This document shows, one piece after another, positions 12,690-25,200 of a stretch of 64,000 bases of DNA. The position numbers and the translations under genes are program-made. The notes beneath the pieces are model-generated. The model searched no databases and had not been told where the DNA came from. It saw only the letters and a program-made list of their open reading frames with translations. The DNA comes from Chiloscyllium plagiosum (taxonomy: Eukaryota). The DNA lies in the NCBI RefSeq assembly GCF_004010195.1, contig NC_057717.1, positions 105,762,719 through 105,826,718 on the forward strand, in the 5' to 3' direction. How positions within the stretch are numbered: position 1 is the first letter of the stretch; each line of letters begins with the position of its first letter.

Positions 12690-13835
12690 ACGAGCGAAAG
12701 TTGTGAGAATGGCCCAGAGAAGATATTGACAAATGAGTCAGCAAAACAAAACTTGGCAGATGGAAAATACAAGGATCCCACGAATTGGCAGGAAGAATAG
12801 AAGACCTCAATATTGCTTAAATGGAAAAAGACAGCAGGAAGCTGCAAAGCAGAGGGATTTAGGGGTCCTTGTGCATTAATCAGAAAAAAAGTGTCCAAAT
12901 TATTTTTGTTTATTTGTGGGATGTGGGTGTCGCTGGCTGGGACAGCATTTATTGCCCATCCCTAGTTGCCCTGCAGAAGGTGGGGGTGAGCTGCCTCTTG
13001 AACCGCTGGAGCCCACCTGCTGGAGGTTGACCCACAATGCCTTGAGGGAGGGAATTCCAGGATTTTGACCCAGTGACACAGAAGGAATGGCGATATATTT
13101 CCAAGTCAGGATGGTGAGTAGCTTGGAAGGTAACTTGCAGGGGGTGGTGTTCCCATGTATCTGCTGCCCTTGTCCTTCTAGATGGAAGCAGTTGTGGGTT
13201 TGGAAGGTGCTGTCTAAGAATCTTTGATGAATTTTTGCAGTGCATCGTATAGATAGTGCACACTGCAGCTGATGGTGATGAAGGGATTGGGTGTTTGTGG
13301 ATATGGTGCCAATTAAGCAGACTGCTTTGTCCTGGATGATGTCAAGCTTCCTAAGTGTTGTTGGAGCTGGCCCGATCGTGGCAAGTGGGCAATATTTAGC
13401 AGGCAATAGGGAGGGGAGATGGACTGTCAGCTTTGATTTCAAATTGGAAAGTCTTGTTAAAACCATACAAAGCATGAGTCAGACCATAGCTAGAATGCTG
13501 TAAACAGTTTTGGTCTCCTTATCTCAGGAAAGATGGCAGTCCAAGGAAGGTCCATGTCTTGTGCAGAGACTCCAGCTTGTACTCATGGAGTTTAGAAAAA
13601 AAAACCCAGAGGTGACCTTATTAAAACATTTAAGATTCTTCAGTGTCTTGACTGTGTAGATATAGATCGTTTCCCCTTGTGGGAAACTCTGGTACCAGAG
13701 TGGCATAATCTTAGAGTGAAAGGTCACCTGTATAAAACAAAGATAGGAGGAATTCCAGATTCACCATAATCTCATTAATGGCAAAAGATCCTCAGTGGGT
13801 CGAATGGTCTACTTCTGTTCCTACATCTTATGGTT
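12690..13835 (+). mobile_element. Old CR1 fragment interrupted by the 12905-13395 element
   Basis: Degenerate CR1 RT and 3' motifs (TGGCAGATGGAA; AGGGATTTAGGGGTCCTTGTGCA; GAATGGTCTACTTCTGTTCC tail). Confidence 0.6.
12905..13395 (-). mobile_element. L2-clade LINE 3' end or related SINE tail
   Basis: ORF PTTLRKLDIIQDKAVCLIG...SLHHH and the GGATGGGCAATAAATGCTG tail on the minus strand. Confidence 0.7.
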
Positions 13836-14547
13836 TTAGGTACTTCTGAATCAACCTGTTCAGAAATGTTATTACACAGTCTGGAGCAGATGAGCTTGGA
13901 CCCGGACCTCCTGGATCAGAGGTAGAGACACAAGAGCCTTCATCTTAATAGTTTTATGGTCTGCACCTCAAACAGCAGCCATGCTGCTGCAGTCATATAG
14001 ACAACTGTGTGACAGAACAGACAAGGACCATGGCCAAGTGCAGTGAAAGGTGACAGGATTTATTTTGGGATTTTCGCCAAAATAGCCCCAGGCATCTATG
14101 TTACAAACCAACTAACTGAGAAAGAGAACCCACAATAAAGAATAAGCTTGGTTTTTTTTTTAAACAAGTAGAGCAAAATTAAGCTTCAGAAAGTGATTGA
14201 TTATTCAGAAGTGCTCCTGGAGCACATCCTGCAGGAAGGTTTGATACAAGACAATAAGACACAGTCTGTTCCACATGGTCAAGCCTGCAATTAAAGCAAA
14301 GAGCAAATCATTTGTCAGGAATAGGCCAATTTTTCTCTAAGAAAATATTAACTTTCCGGGGCCACTCAATAAGAGTCATCACTAGTTTGGAATAAGAAAG
14401 CATTTCAACAGATTTGTAGTGACTGAAGTTTAGTGACAGCAATGAGACAGAACAGAGAAAACACAAGATTCATGAAGCTTGGTGTATGTCTTAAAAATAA
14501 TAAGGATCATCAGTTTGAGCACAGAAAGGATAATACAGGTATTAAAT

Positions 14548-14885
14548 GGGGCGGTATGGTGGCTCAGTGGTTATCACTGCTGCCTCACAGCACCAAAGAC
14601 CCAGGTTTGATTCAGCCTCGGGCAACTGTCTGTGCGGAGTTTACACATTCTGTGTGGGTTTCCTCCAGGTGCTCCGGTTTCCTCCACATTCCAAAGATGT
14701 GCAGGTTAGGCGAGTTGGCTGTGCTAAATTGCCCGTAGTGTTCGAGAATGTATAGGTTAGGTGCAGGGCTCAGGGGCAAACAGAGTGGTAACAGAATGGG
14801 TCTGGGCAGGATACTCTGCCGAAGGTCAAAGTGGACTTGCTTGGCCGAAGGGCCTGTTTCTACACTCTAGGAATTTTATCTATAA
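14548..14885 (+). mobile_element. HE1-type SINE
   Basis: GGTGGCTCAGTGGTTATCACTGCTGCCTCACAGC head and conserved body. Confidence 0.85.
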
Positions 14886-15459
14886 AAAAAGGTCAGTTAG
14901 CCTTCTTGATATTTGAAAGAAAGAGCAATTCATTGATGGAGTAGGTGCAAGGAAATGAGAACAGGTGGTGAGGGGAGCTCCTCCTACAGCTTGAAATTAC
15001 AGGAACAATTGAACGGAAAGGAGGAAATTGCAGTGAAGAGAGTTATATGTCTGCCTTTCCTTCTGGGGAACTCACCTGTAAGGACTCTGAATGTATGCAG
15101 TGTTGAGACTCTGCCTGGCAGTCAGTCCACAATGGATTTGCAACGAGACACAGTTTATTGTTTTATCGTCTGCTGCATATCAGTTATTACTTAAATCTCC
15201 AAGCCTACAGTGTTATTCAAACCTGGAGGAGCGATTATTAGACAAAAACAGTACTATGAGATCGAGGAGGGTTAGAGACAGCAGTGTAAGTAAAAGAGCA
15301 GGTGACAGATGAAGTGATAATCAGAAGTGGGAGCTGATGATAATGCATTATGATGGGGTTGTAGCAGTTGCTACAGAGTGACGATCCGAAACCTGAATAC
15401 AGGCTGAAGTGACTAGTCGTTGTCAGGGTAACCACTTAACAGATGCTCTTAATAACCTT

Positions 15460-16063
15460 GGTGGGAACAAGATGGCTTCACGATGCAAATAACATGACAA
15501 AATGGCTTCTGGGCTGCAAACTGACAATTCTGCTAAAGCTGCATAAAATGGCTTTTAAGTTACTAATTGCTAATTCTGCTTTAGCTGCATAAGTAACAAA
15601 CCACACTCTGCTTCAATAGACATTAGCAGACAATGCATCCTTTAAAGCATAGAAATAACATGACGAGATACGATATGACTGGCCATTCTAACTGACTTTC
15701 AGGTTCTGGTACAGTGGCTCCGTTAGTGAAGGAAGGGTGGCCTCAGTGCTGGAAAATAAAGCTGGTTCCCGGAAATATCACTGGACTAAGTAACTGTCAA
15801 AGCAGTATGGTGTATTGATTGGTAATTGTTTGAATATACTCTGTGATCAAGGCCTGTGCCCTTAAGAAACGTATAAAAATGTTTTTGTTTTAAGCCACAC
15901 GCACAGCTCCTCCAAGGAACATGTAAGTGCATAACCCCTGTTTCTGGACGCTCTGTGCCCGGCTTTATGGAAAAATAAAGAGTGAAGTCTTAACAGCCAG
16001 ATCGACTGTTTATTAACTGATCGCAGAACCGAGAGAGCACACCGGGAGTCCAGAGCTTCATCA
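15460..16063 (+). mobile_element. Possible solo LTR
   Basis: TG...CA ends, TATAAAA at about 15872 and AATAAA at about 15975 in U3-R-U5 spacing; no TSD found. Confidence 0.4.
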
Positions 16064-16656
16064 GCAAGGCTTGGAAAGGGAGGGGAAGAGGGAAGAGATA
16101 CGATCCACATTCAGATAGTGAAAAGATGTCCACGATACTAGCTGGCACAGGCCTTGTGCTAATACAAGGCACTTTGCAGCTTGTTGAAACAATCAAGTAA
16201 ACCCCAAGCAATGAGTAGAATTCAACCAACAGCCAATACAAAGGAGGGCATTAACATGAAAATGATCAGGGCAATAGGGTTCAGTCAAATTTGACTTTGA
16301 AACCAGAGCAGCCTGGAAAGAGGTTTCACTACAGAAATTATCGGACTCTTTCCTATTCTTCGCTTGGGCCATGACAACATTGCAATCGTCCCTGAGTCAC
16401 TGCAGGCTCTTCATCCTGCTCTTCATCCAGACACACTGAAATCCTGGACGTTACCTGCTATTTGAAAGTATATTTCACAGCAAGCATTAAAAGGGTTAAA
16501 GATTGTATTATTGAACACAAGCAAGGATTGGACAACCTTTCAATTACATCAATGGCGCCCAAAGGTAAAAGTGGAAAATAAAACCTGGTGGTGTAAAGGG
16601 GTAACATCTCGGCATGGACAACAGGAACCAGTGAGTCGGCATGAATGTACAAGTTG

Positions 16657-17010
16657 GGTGTCACAGGCGTTGGTGTAGGGACCTCAACAACACGTGAAAT
16701 GGCTTGGATAAAGGGAGGTCAGGTATAGTTGCCAAAGGGATGAAGCGAGGCACGGTTTAGTTGAAGGGAGGCACGGTTTAGATGAAGGGAGGCACGGTTT
16801 AGGTGTCACAGGCGTTGGTGTAGGGACCTCAACAACACGTGAAATGGCTTGGATAAAGGGAGGCCTGGTACAGTTGCCAAAGGGATGAAGCGAGGCACGG
16901 TTTAGATGAAGCGAGGCACGGTTTAGATGAAGGGAGGCACGGTTTAGATGAAGGGAGGCACGGTTTAGTTGAAGGGAGGCATGGTATAGATGAAGGGAGG
17001 TATGGTATAG
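16657..17010. repeat. About 145-bp tandem duplication containing a 21-bp minisatellite
   Basis: GGTGTCACAGGCGTTGG block at about 16657 and 16802; unit GATGAAGGGAGGCACGGTTTA. Confidence 0.9.
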
Positions 17011-17830
17011 TTGCCAAATTTGGCTGAAACAAAAAGGTAGGAAACAAAGTTGCAAAGGCAGCATAAGGAGGAAAGGATGTGGCAAATGGAGTATAATGTC
17101 AGAAAATGTAACAAGATCCAAAACGCATATTACCCACATGGTGAGAGATTTGCATAGCTCAGAGATGCATTAGAGTGCATGGATTGTAAAAGGTCTGTCT
17201 GCAGGAACAAAAATTAGGGAAGATCATATAACATTTTGATTTATTGTGAGGAGAATTGAATACATAAATAAGGAGGTTGTGGTTCAGTTGGACAAGGGAC
17301 TGAAGAGACTGTCCACAGTATTATCCTTTGTTATGGGAGGTCCCAGCTTCAGTGGAGACAGCTCAGCCATTTTGCAGACTACAACCTGCAGGGGGCAGGT
17401 TCTCTCGGAGGAAAGCTTAGCCAGACTGACCTTGTGTCCACTGGAGTTTAAAGTTTAAGGGGGGCAGGGGGCACAGGGTATAATAACTGAAGCAGACAAA
17501 ATCCTGAGAAGTCTTGACAGAGTCAATGTGCAGAGGATATTTCCTCTTGTGGAAGAATCTGGAACCAGAGATCACTTTTAAAACAAAATCAAGGTTAGCC
17601 CATTGAAGTCAGAGTAGGTCGGTATCCCCCACCCTGCCTTGCATCAAGGAGTCTTTCAAACCCTGTTCCTAAAATCCAACTGTCCAAGTCAATATTTTTA
17701 AGACACAGGTGACTAGGTTCTCATTAAACAAGGGAGTGGCAGAAATGCAGATTTGAAGTTACAATCAAAGCAGCCATGGTTTTATTGGATGGCCAAGCAG
17801 GCTTGAGGGGCTGAATGGCCTACTCCTCAT
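17010..17830 (+). mobile_element. Old CR1 fragment
   Basis: Degenerate CR1 RT motifs and GAGGGGCTGAATGGCCTACTCCT tail. Confidence 0.7.
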
Positions 17831-18016
17831 GAACTGGATGGTTCTAAGCACCTTGCAATCAAACTGTTGCTTCCATCTTGGAGGACTTCAAAACTGCAAC
17901 ATTGATATGAGTGCAGTGTACTGTTAACAAAGACAGAAACTATGACTTCACATTTGAAGTGTTCCCTGAATAATTTGATATCCATGACACTAAGACAGTA
18001 ATTTACTGCATCATAT

Positions 18017-18022
18017 TTTATT
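18017..18022 (-). terminator. Candidate CDC37 polyadenylation signal
   Basis: AATAAA on the minus strand about 1.1 kb after the CDC37 stop. Confidence 0.45.
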
Positions 18023-19138
18023 TGCATTCATGGTGACCAATAACAAGAAACTTAAGGTTACGTTTACTACCTCACTCACTAGCAGCAACCAGCCCAGATT
18101 AAACAGGTCATACTATCAGGTAGTATCAGCAACATTGGCCCCAACAGAACAAGTGTCCCCAATCTAATCGGTGCAGTACATAGGATTCATGAAAAGTTGA
18201 GACACAAAGGGAAGGAGTTAAACTCAACGTAGAGAACACTATTGTGGTTTCAGCACAGTATTTCACAAGAACTGAATATAAAAGCCCATGTTGAAATTGA
18301 TGCAAATCCCTCGCCCAAACTCAAACTGAAAACCTATGAAAAACTCAGCAATCTGCATACATCTCCCTCACCTCAAGAAATGGGTTCAGATTGCAGCAAC
18401 TAAACATTTGGCTCTGGAGTCATACAGAAAGAACACTCAAATATGAAGTTACTGCTCATCAAGGTTTAAAAAGAAACACAATAAGTATCAGCAATAATTC
18501 TAGTTAGGGTCTCTACTTGTTATTTTCGTACTCCTGTTCCAATTTTACAAAGATATGAACAAAGTCAATCCTACAGACGCCTCTCACCCCATCATTTTGT
18601 AGAATTTCCAACAAACCATGTTCCAAATTCTCTCTTCCCCAAGTTTTGTGTAGGGTCCAGTTCCATAGGCAGTAGTAGCTCACTCACTCTCAATAGTCCC
18701 TCTCCCATAAAACCAATCTTAGTACACAGGCCTCAGCTGAGATCATCAGGAAGCTGCTCATGAGGACATCACTGCAGTGTCCCACTTGGGTAACTTGGCA
18801 CCTTCCCAGCTGTATGGCTCAGCACCACATGGAATGATGCACATGGACTCAAGGAAGCAATGGGGGAGGTCAGCTCACAGTCTGACAATGGAGGTGGTTT
18901 CACTGGCACAGATGCCAGCTGATCCAGTTACTGCACAGGAGTAAGGCAACCTGCATGCTCTCAAATCTTGTGTATGTTTTCATACAAAAAGCAGTTGATT
19001 CATATAGGACTTTAATCTTCCATTCAATAGATCGGGATATTGAACTTACATGGACCCCCTATGGGTCAGTGAACAGGATGCAGTCTGTAACCCAACACAG
19101 CACTTAAAACTAGCAGATATTGAAAACAAAACACAAGT

Positions 19139-19285
19139 TTATTTTTCCTCACTGCTTTCCTTTTTAACTTCTTCATACACAGGATCCTCATCTTCCTTGC
19201 TCTTCTCTCCTTCCTCCTCTGCAGCCTTTGCATTTGGAATCCACAGCCCAGAGTCAATGCAGCGTTGCATGTGGTACTTGGCTTC
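19139..19285 (-). CDS. CDC37: CDC37 exon 8 (last coding exon)
   Basis: tttcag|EAKYHMQRCIDSGLWIPNAK...ESSEEK; stop TAA at 19139-19141. Confidence 0.95.
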   Translation of the reverse strand, partial: EAKYHMQRCIDSGLWIPNAKAAEEEGEKSKEDEDPVYEEVKKESSEEK

Positions 19286-22200
19286 CTGAAATCAGAGGTC
19301 ACTTAGTTTCCAGTATATTTGAAATAGCCCATCATTGAAGGTCATGACAGAAATGATTTGGATGTGAGCAAAAGAGGAATAGTTAGTAAGTTTGCATATG
19401 ACACCAAAATTGGAGGTGTAGTGGACAGCGAAGAGGGTTACCTCAGATTACAACAGGATCTGGACCAGACGGGCCAATAGGCTGAGAAGTGGCAGATGGA
19501 GTTTAATTTAGATAAATGTGAGATGCTGCATTTTGGGAAAGCAAATCTTAGCAGGTCTTATACACTTAATGGTAAGGTCCTAGGGAGTGTTGCTGAACAA
19601 AGAGAAAAAGATTTACAAGGATGTTGCCAGGGTTGGAGGGTTTGAGCCTGGGGGGAGAGGCTGAACAGGCAGGGGCTGTTTTTTCTGGAGAGTCGGAGGC
19701 TGAGGGGTGACCTTATAGAGGTTTATAAAATCATGAGGTGCATGGACAGGATAAACAGACAAGATCTTTTCCCAGGGGCGGGGGACTCCAAAGCTAGAGG
19801 GCATAGGTTTAGAGTGAGGGGGGAAAGATATAAAAACGGAACCAAGGGGCAACATTTACATGCAGAGGGTGGTACGTGTATGGAATGAACTGCCAGAGGA
19901 AGTGGTGCAGGCTGGTACAATTACAGCACTTAAAAGGCATATGGATGGGTATATGAATAGGAAGGGTTTGGAGGAACATGAGCCAAATGGGACGAGATTA
20001 AGTTAGAATATCTGGTCAGCATGGACGAATTGACCAAGGGGTTCCACACTGCAAATCTCTATGACCAGGAAACTCTCAACTATCTCTAAACTGTACTTTC
20101 ATATGAGTGCCTGGAGCAACACGAGGTCAGAGTCCAATCAAGAACAGCAAAGTCTGATCATCATCCAGTATCCAGATATACCCAACCTTCAGCTGTGGTC
20201 AACAGATAGTCAGGATTACTTCAAATCTTTGCCATCAGTTTACAGTATAGAAAACATGGAAATCAATGGTTTTGGGTTACATACAGGAAAGTCAAGGCTA
20301 CAATTAAATCAATATGACTTTAGTGAATGGTGGAGCAGGGTTAAGGGACAAAATGATGTATTTCTGCTCTCATCTTTTTTGCTTAAATGCCAATTTACTT
20401 CTGTTGGTTTCAGAGTGTCAGAAGACTGGGTCTAAACCCGACACCAGGAGTTGAACAGGTTATCTAAAGTAACATGACGACGAGGGTATCATTTACAGTT
20501 CCTTCTGTTTCCATTACATTGAGGGGTGCTGGATAGTTAATGATTGTTACAAATCCCACACCCCAATTCAATTCCTATGAATCCAACATAGAAATCTCTT
20601 AGCTGCTGTATTTAACTGTCCTTTTACCTCTGATTGTCCCTCCCTGGTTCTACAGTCTGCCCTCACATCTCATGTTCCAAGGCAGGATTGCTGCTATAAA
20701 ACAGGAGCCAATATAACCAGGCAGAGATCAGGGATTCAGTAAGGGCGAAAGCCAGTTCCATGCCCATCATGTACCACCCAATGTGGCATTTCATTGGTTT
20801 TTCCTCCCCTTTCCAAGTCACCATTCTCTCAGAGGGACCCTCCTAGCTGTTAGGATTGGCTCTAATATTTGACCATCTCTGGGAGATGCCAAAAAGTGAT
20901 GCCAACATGACATCAATTCTTTCACATTGAAGCAACTTTCTAAAGGAGAAGCTGGCATATGAACAGAACAAATGGCTCCAGGTTAATCAGGAAGCCAACC
21001 TATACACAGTGCAGGAAATACTCACCGTTGGGTCCATTTTGCTAATGACATCCTGTAAAAGTTGGATATCTTTTGAATCAAAGCAATTCTTCATCTCCTG
21101 CAAAGACAGAGGGCCAAAGACATCGGAAGCAATCTTCAAGAAGTCTTACAAGCAGAAAAACAAACCAGAATCTTACTGAGAACCAAATGCTAATCATTTA
21201 GGGAGTGGGGAGTAACTTGGTAAACCATTCAATGATTGCTAATCCTGAAACTCATGATACACAGCTGCTCAGTTACCCTGAATTATCAACAGCAGATTTC
21301 AAACTTCTAAACGTAAACAGAAAATGCTGCAAATCTGTGGAGATCAACTTAATGTTACAAGCATGTGATGTGAATTGCTTTACGTGATTAGTGGAATGAG
21401 CAAGTCACTGGCTTGGCCAACATTTAGTGCCCATCCCTAACTGCCCAGTTACAAGTCAGCCATGTTGCAGTCAGGCTAGTGCCAGACTAAGTAAGGGTAA
21501 CATTCCTCTCCCAAAAGGACATTCAAGAACAAAGTGGATTGTTACCCAATCAGTAACCTAAAGCCTTATAAATCTGGGGGAGAAGGGGAAAGGGGAAAGG
21601 AGAAACTCGTTTGGAATGAGATTCCACTCTGTACAAGGGTGCAGAAAACCTGTTAATTACGAGAGCATCAAGAAAAGGTGAAACCAGATGCTGCTTCTGC
21701 TGAGAATTTCTGGTACCCTCCTTTACCCAGCACCAATTATCTGGTGACCAGCTTCACATTGTTGACGTTTAGCAATTGAACAGGATTGATCTGGAAAGGT
21801 AGAGTTACTTAACGCAATAGAGTCAAGCTCTCCACCCTATGCAGATATCGGGTGTGGGAGGGAGGTCAACATCCCTGAACAGCAAAGAGGCAAACAACAA
21901 AAGCATAAAGGAGGAACCATCTAATGGGTCTTTGGTACGACTCCACTGTCAACTCTAAGATGGAGGCATGAGAAAATCTACTCACGTCAGGAAGGTTTTC
22001 GTAGACCTCCACAGGATCAAGCCCACCAGGTCCCAGCCGCTTCTGTCGTTCCTCCTCTTCATATTCCTTCATCGCCTTCTCGATCCTTGCCTGAGCTCGA
22101 CCTTTAACCCTCTCCTTGAACGCTCCCAGCTCATCGTTAAATGCCTCGATGTATTGTTTATCTGCTGTCTGGAAAATTGAATTGGAAAACAAGTCAACAT

Positions 22201-25200
22201 GGCCAGCTCAAACACCAATTTTCAAATCCAGTCCAAGTGCCCCCTCTTCTCCAGTCAGTACATCAATTCCTGCTGGGTCAGAGTTCGACAGACTATCAGC
22301 AAAGTAACCATTCTTCACTCACAGCTGATCAGAGAAAGGTCAGCACGACCTATACCAATCAATAAGGCCAAGACATGTGAACCGCTACATTAATGGGATT
22401 GGAATATTAGGAGGAGGAAATGGGGAAGATAATGGTGCAGTTAATGTCACTGAACTAGCAATCCAGAACCCTATGGCAATAAGCTGGCAAACCCATCATG
22501 AGCAATGGTGAAATTGGAATACGTTAAATTCCACATCAAACAGATGGCCTAAAAACTACCATCTCACCACTGCGGATTGTCTTGAAACTCTCCTGCTTTT
22601 CTAATACTCTTCAAAAGGAAATCTACTATCCTTACCTGATCTGACCTACATGTGATTCTAATCCCACAGCAATGTGTTTGACTATTAACTGTGCTGGGCA
22701 ATTACGGATGGGCAATAAATCTTAGTTTGAGAGCTTGGCCAATCAGTTCCCCGTAAACGGCTTGCTCATGCCAGACGTAATGGAACTGACCTCCCCCCTC
22801 ACCACCTCCCCACGTCCTCTTAGAAGGATCTCAAGTGTTCAAGACCAAGATCTACAGGTTTCTTGAAGGCTTTTATGGGATATGCATTAACAGCGGAACA
22901 CAGTTGACATAGATCACTAAGATCTTATTTAATAGGCAGAAGAGACTGGAGGGAATTAAATGACTTCCTGTTCTGATCTTAATAAGCACGACTGCTGACT
23001 TGTTTCCCCTTGAATATAGTACATCTCACAATGAGAACCATTGAATGAAATGAAATCCGTGGAGCTGTTTCAGATTGAAGTGAACAGTGTCACTGGAACA
23101 AGTGAATACATTTGTTCAAGTCAAATCATAACAGAATGTGACAGAGGTTAGGAGGAGGAAAGAGTTAGCCAGAAGTAATTTGGTGAAGGTGGTGAATATA
23201 AAGAAACGCCAAGCTTCTTACAGGGAAACAAATAGCAAATGTCTTCCTTCCTGTCTGAAACAAAGGAACAGCGCTCCAAAAGCTCGTGATTTTACATCAA
23301 CGTGTTGGACAATAACCTTGTGCCACAAGACCTCTGATTTAGTCCACCCCAATCCAACACCAGCATCTCCACATCATGATTAAATGCATCAGAATAGTAT
23401 GGATAGAATTAAATGCAAATCCATTGTGTTAAAGCAAGGAGCACTTTACCAATTCAAAATTCCTGGCAAACACAAAAGAAATTAACCTGATAAAAAGATA
23501 GAAAACCTGCCAAGTCAGTTATTCAATTCAACAGAGCACCAAAATTCACATCTGACTAATACCTTCAAGTAACTAACTGCAAGAGCCCAAAATTGGATAG
23601 GAATTCATAGCACACAAGGATCAACTTATTCAGCATGTGGAGTAAATATCAATTGTTTGAAATGCAAGAGATTTCCAGCTATTTCCATACCTTGATTTTG
23701 GTGAAGAACTGTCGGAAACAAGCTCTGGGATCCACCTTAAGGCTCTTGGCTAATTCCAGGATAAACTGCATCACGATGGTCTGGTGAGCTACCTGCTCCA
23801 TCAGGGCATGCTTCTGCAAGTGGAACCCATAAACATCGTTTGAAGAATGCAAGCAAATCCTCTTGCCATACGTAATACAACCACATCCCTGTTAGGGTGT
23901 ACTGCAAACAACCCCACTCCCCAACCAGAAGTGTCCATTTCTCCACATGTTGGAAGCTCGTTACAATGACAGTGCATTCACTGAACATCAAGCAACAATG
24001 CTGCCCCTTTAACAAGGTTGCTCTGTCCTTGGTTTTTCTCAAGAGGGGTCGTAAAGGCAGAGGTTCCAATTTGTCTGGAAATGGTTACTTTGAACAATGA
24101 CAGGGGAGTGGCCAGTTCTCCCAGCTCAGGTTGTTTTCTTGTTTGGTTTACTTTTAGCAGCCAGTCAAAACCTGCTGGGGACCGAGCAAAGCAGCTACAG
24201 TGAAACGAGGTCTTGGCTGAACTTTCTCTGTACAAACTCCTGCCTGTAAGAACCTGTGTTTGAATGTACCTCTTGCTAAGGGGTGTGTTTTTGGCATGTT
24301 GCAGGGTTTGGAACGATTTCGTTATGGTCCAATATCATGGGTTATCAAATAAATTATTTGAAATTCCGTTTTCTTTTGTTGATGTTTCATCTGTAATGTT
24401 AAATAAATTCTGTTTTGTTTAAAGCTGAGTGGTTTGACCAGCTGCCTTCATAAAATGTTTTGGGGGTGGGGGAGGTGGGGGGGTCCAGCCTGTTCCACAG
24501 CACTCAGAAACAAACAGACACTGATATGTCACACCACATACAGCATGAAATAACAGAGGCTGAAGTTATCAAACTTCACATCCACACTGGCTACGAGACA
24601 TTGACATCACATTGTCTGTTCTGAGTAGTTTTTCAAAACTATACGACTGTGAACCACGAGGACCAAGGGATTACCAAGTGAGTGCACCTGCAGCACACAT
24701 TTACAGAGCAACATTATCTCACTGGCCAGAATTGTTAATACATTCTGCAATGTATCAGAACTGATTCACCTGCTTGGACAATAAACCCAAGCCCATTCCA
24801 CATGTAAAAACAGGACTGATTCAGAACAAAGCAGCAGCTTTACACACAAAAGCATAAGCCTAGCCAAGGTACCAAATGATTACTTTGCATCTGACTCCTT
24901 GTGAAAGAAACCAAAGTGGAGACAGTGAATGGTAGAAACTAATAAAAAGGCTTAAAAAGGATGAATATACATCAAGTTGATGAGGATTGATATGTAGAGC
25001 TGATCTATGAAAGAAAATACACTGAGTGGTCTCACTAACAATTCCAGTAAAAGTACCCAGTTGCAAACAGGTTTGTTCAAATTCAGTCACAAATCAATGT
25101 ATAGACAAGTTGGAATACAACACCAGACAGCCTCAAGTACAGGAAACATGCTAGATCTTTAAAATTACATCCCTGTATGTGATCCCATGCCTAAGTTGGA

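Noticed and set aside
16684..17139. Repeat protein ORF (LHLNRAS)n
   Set aside because: Translation of the 21-bp minisatellite.
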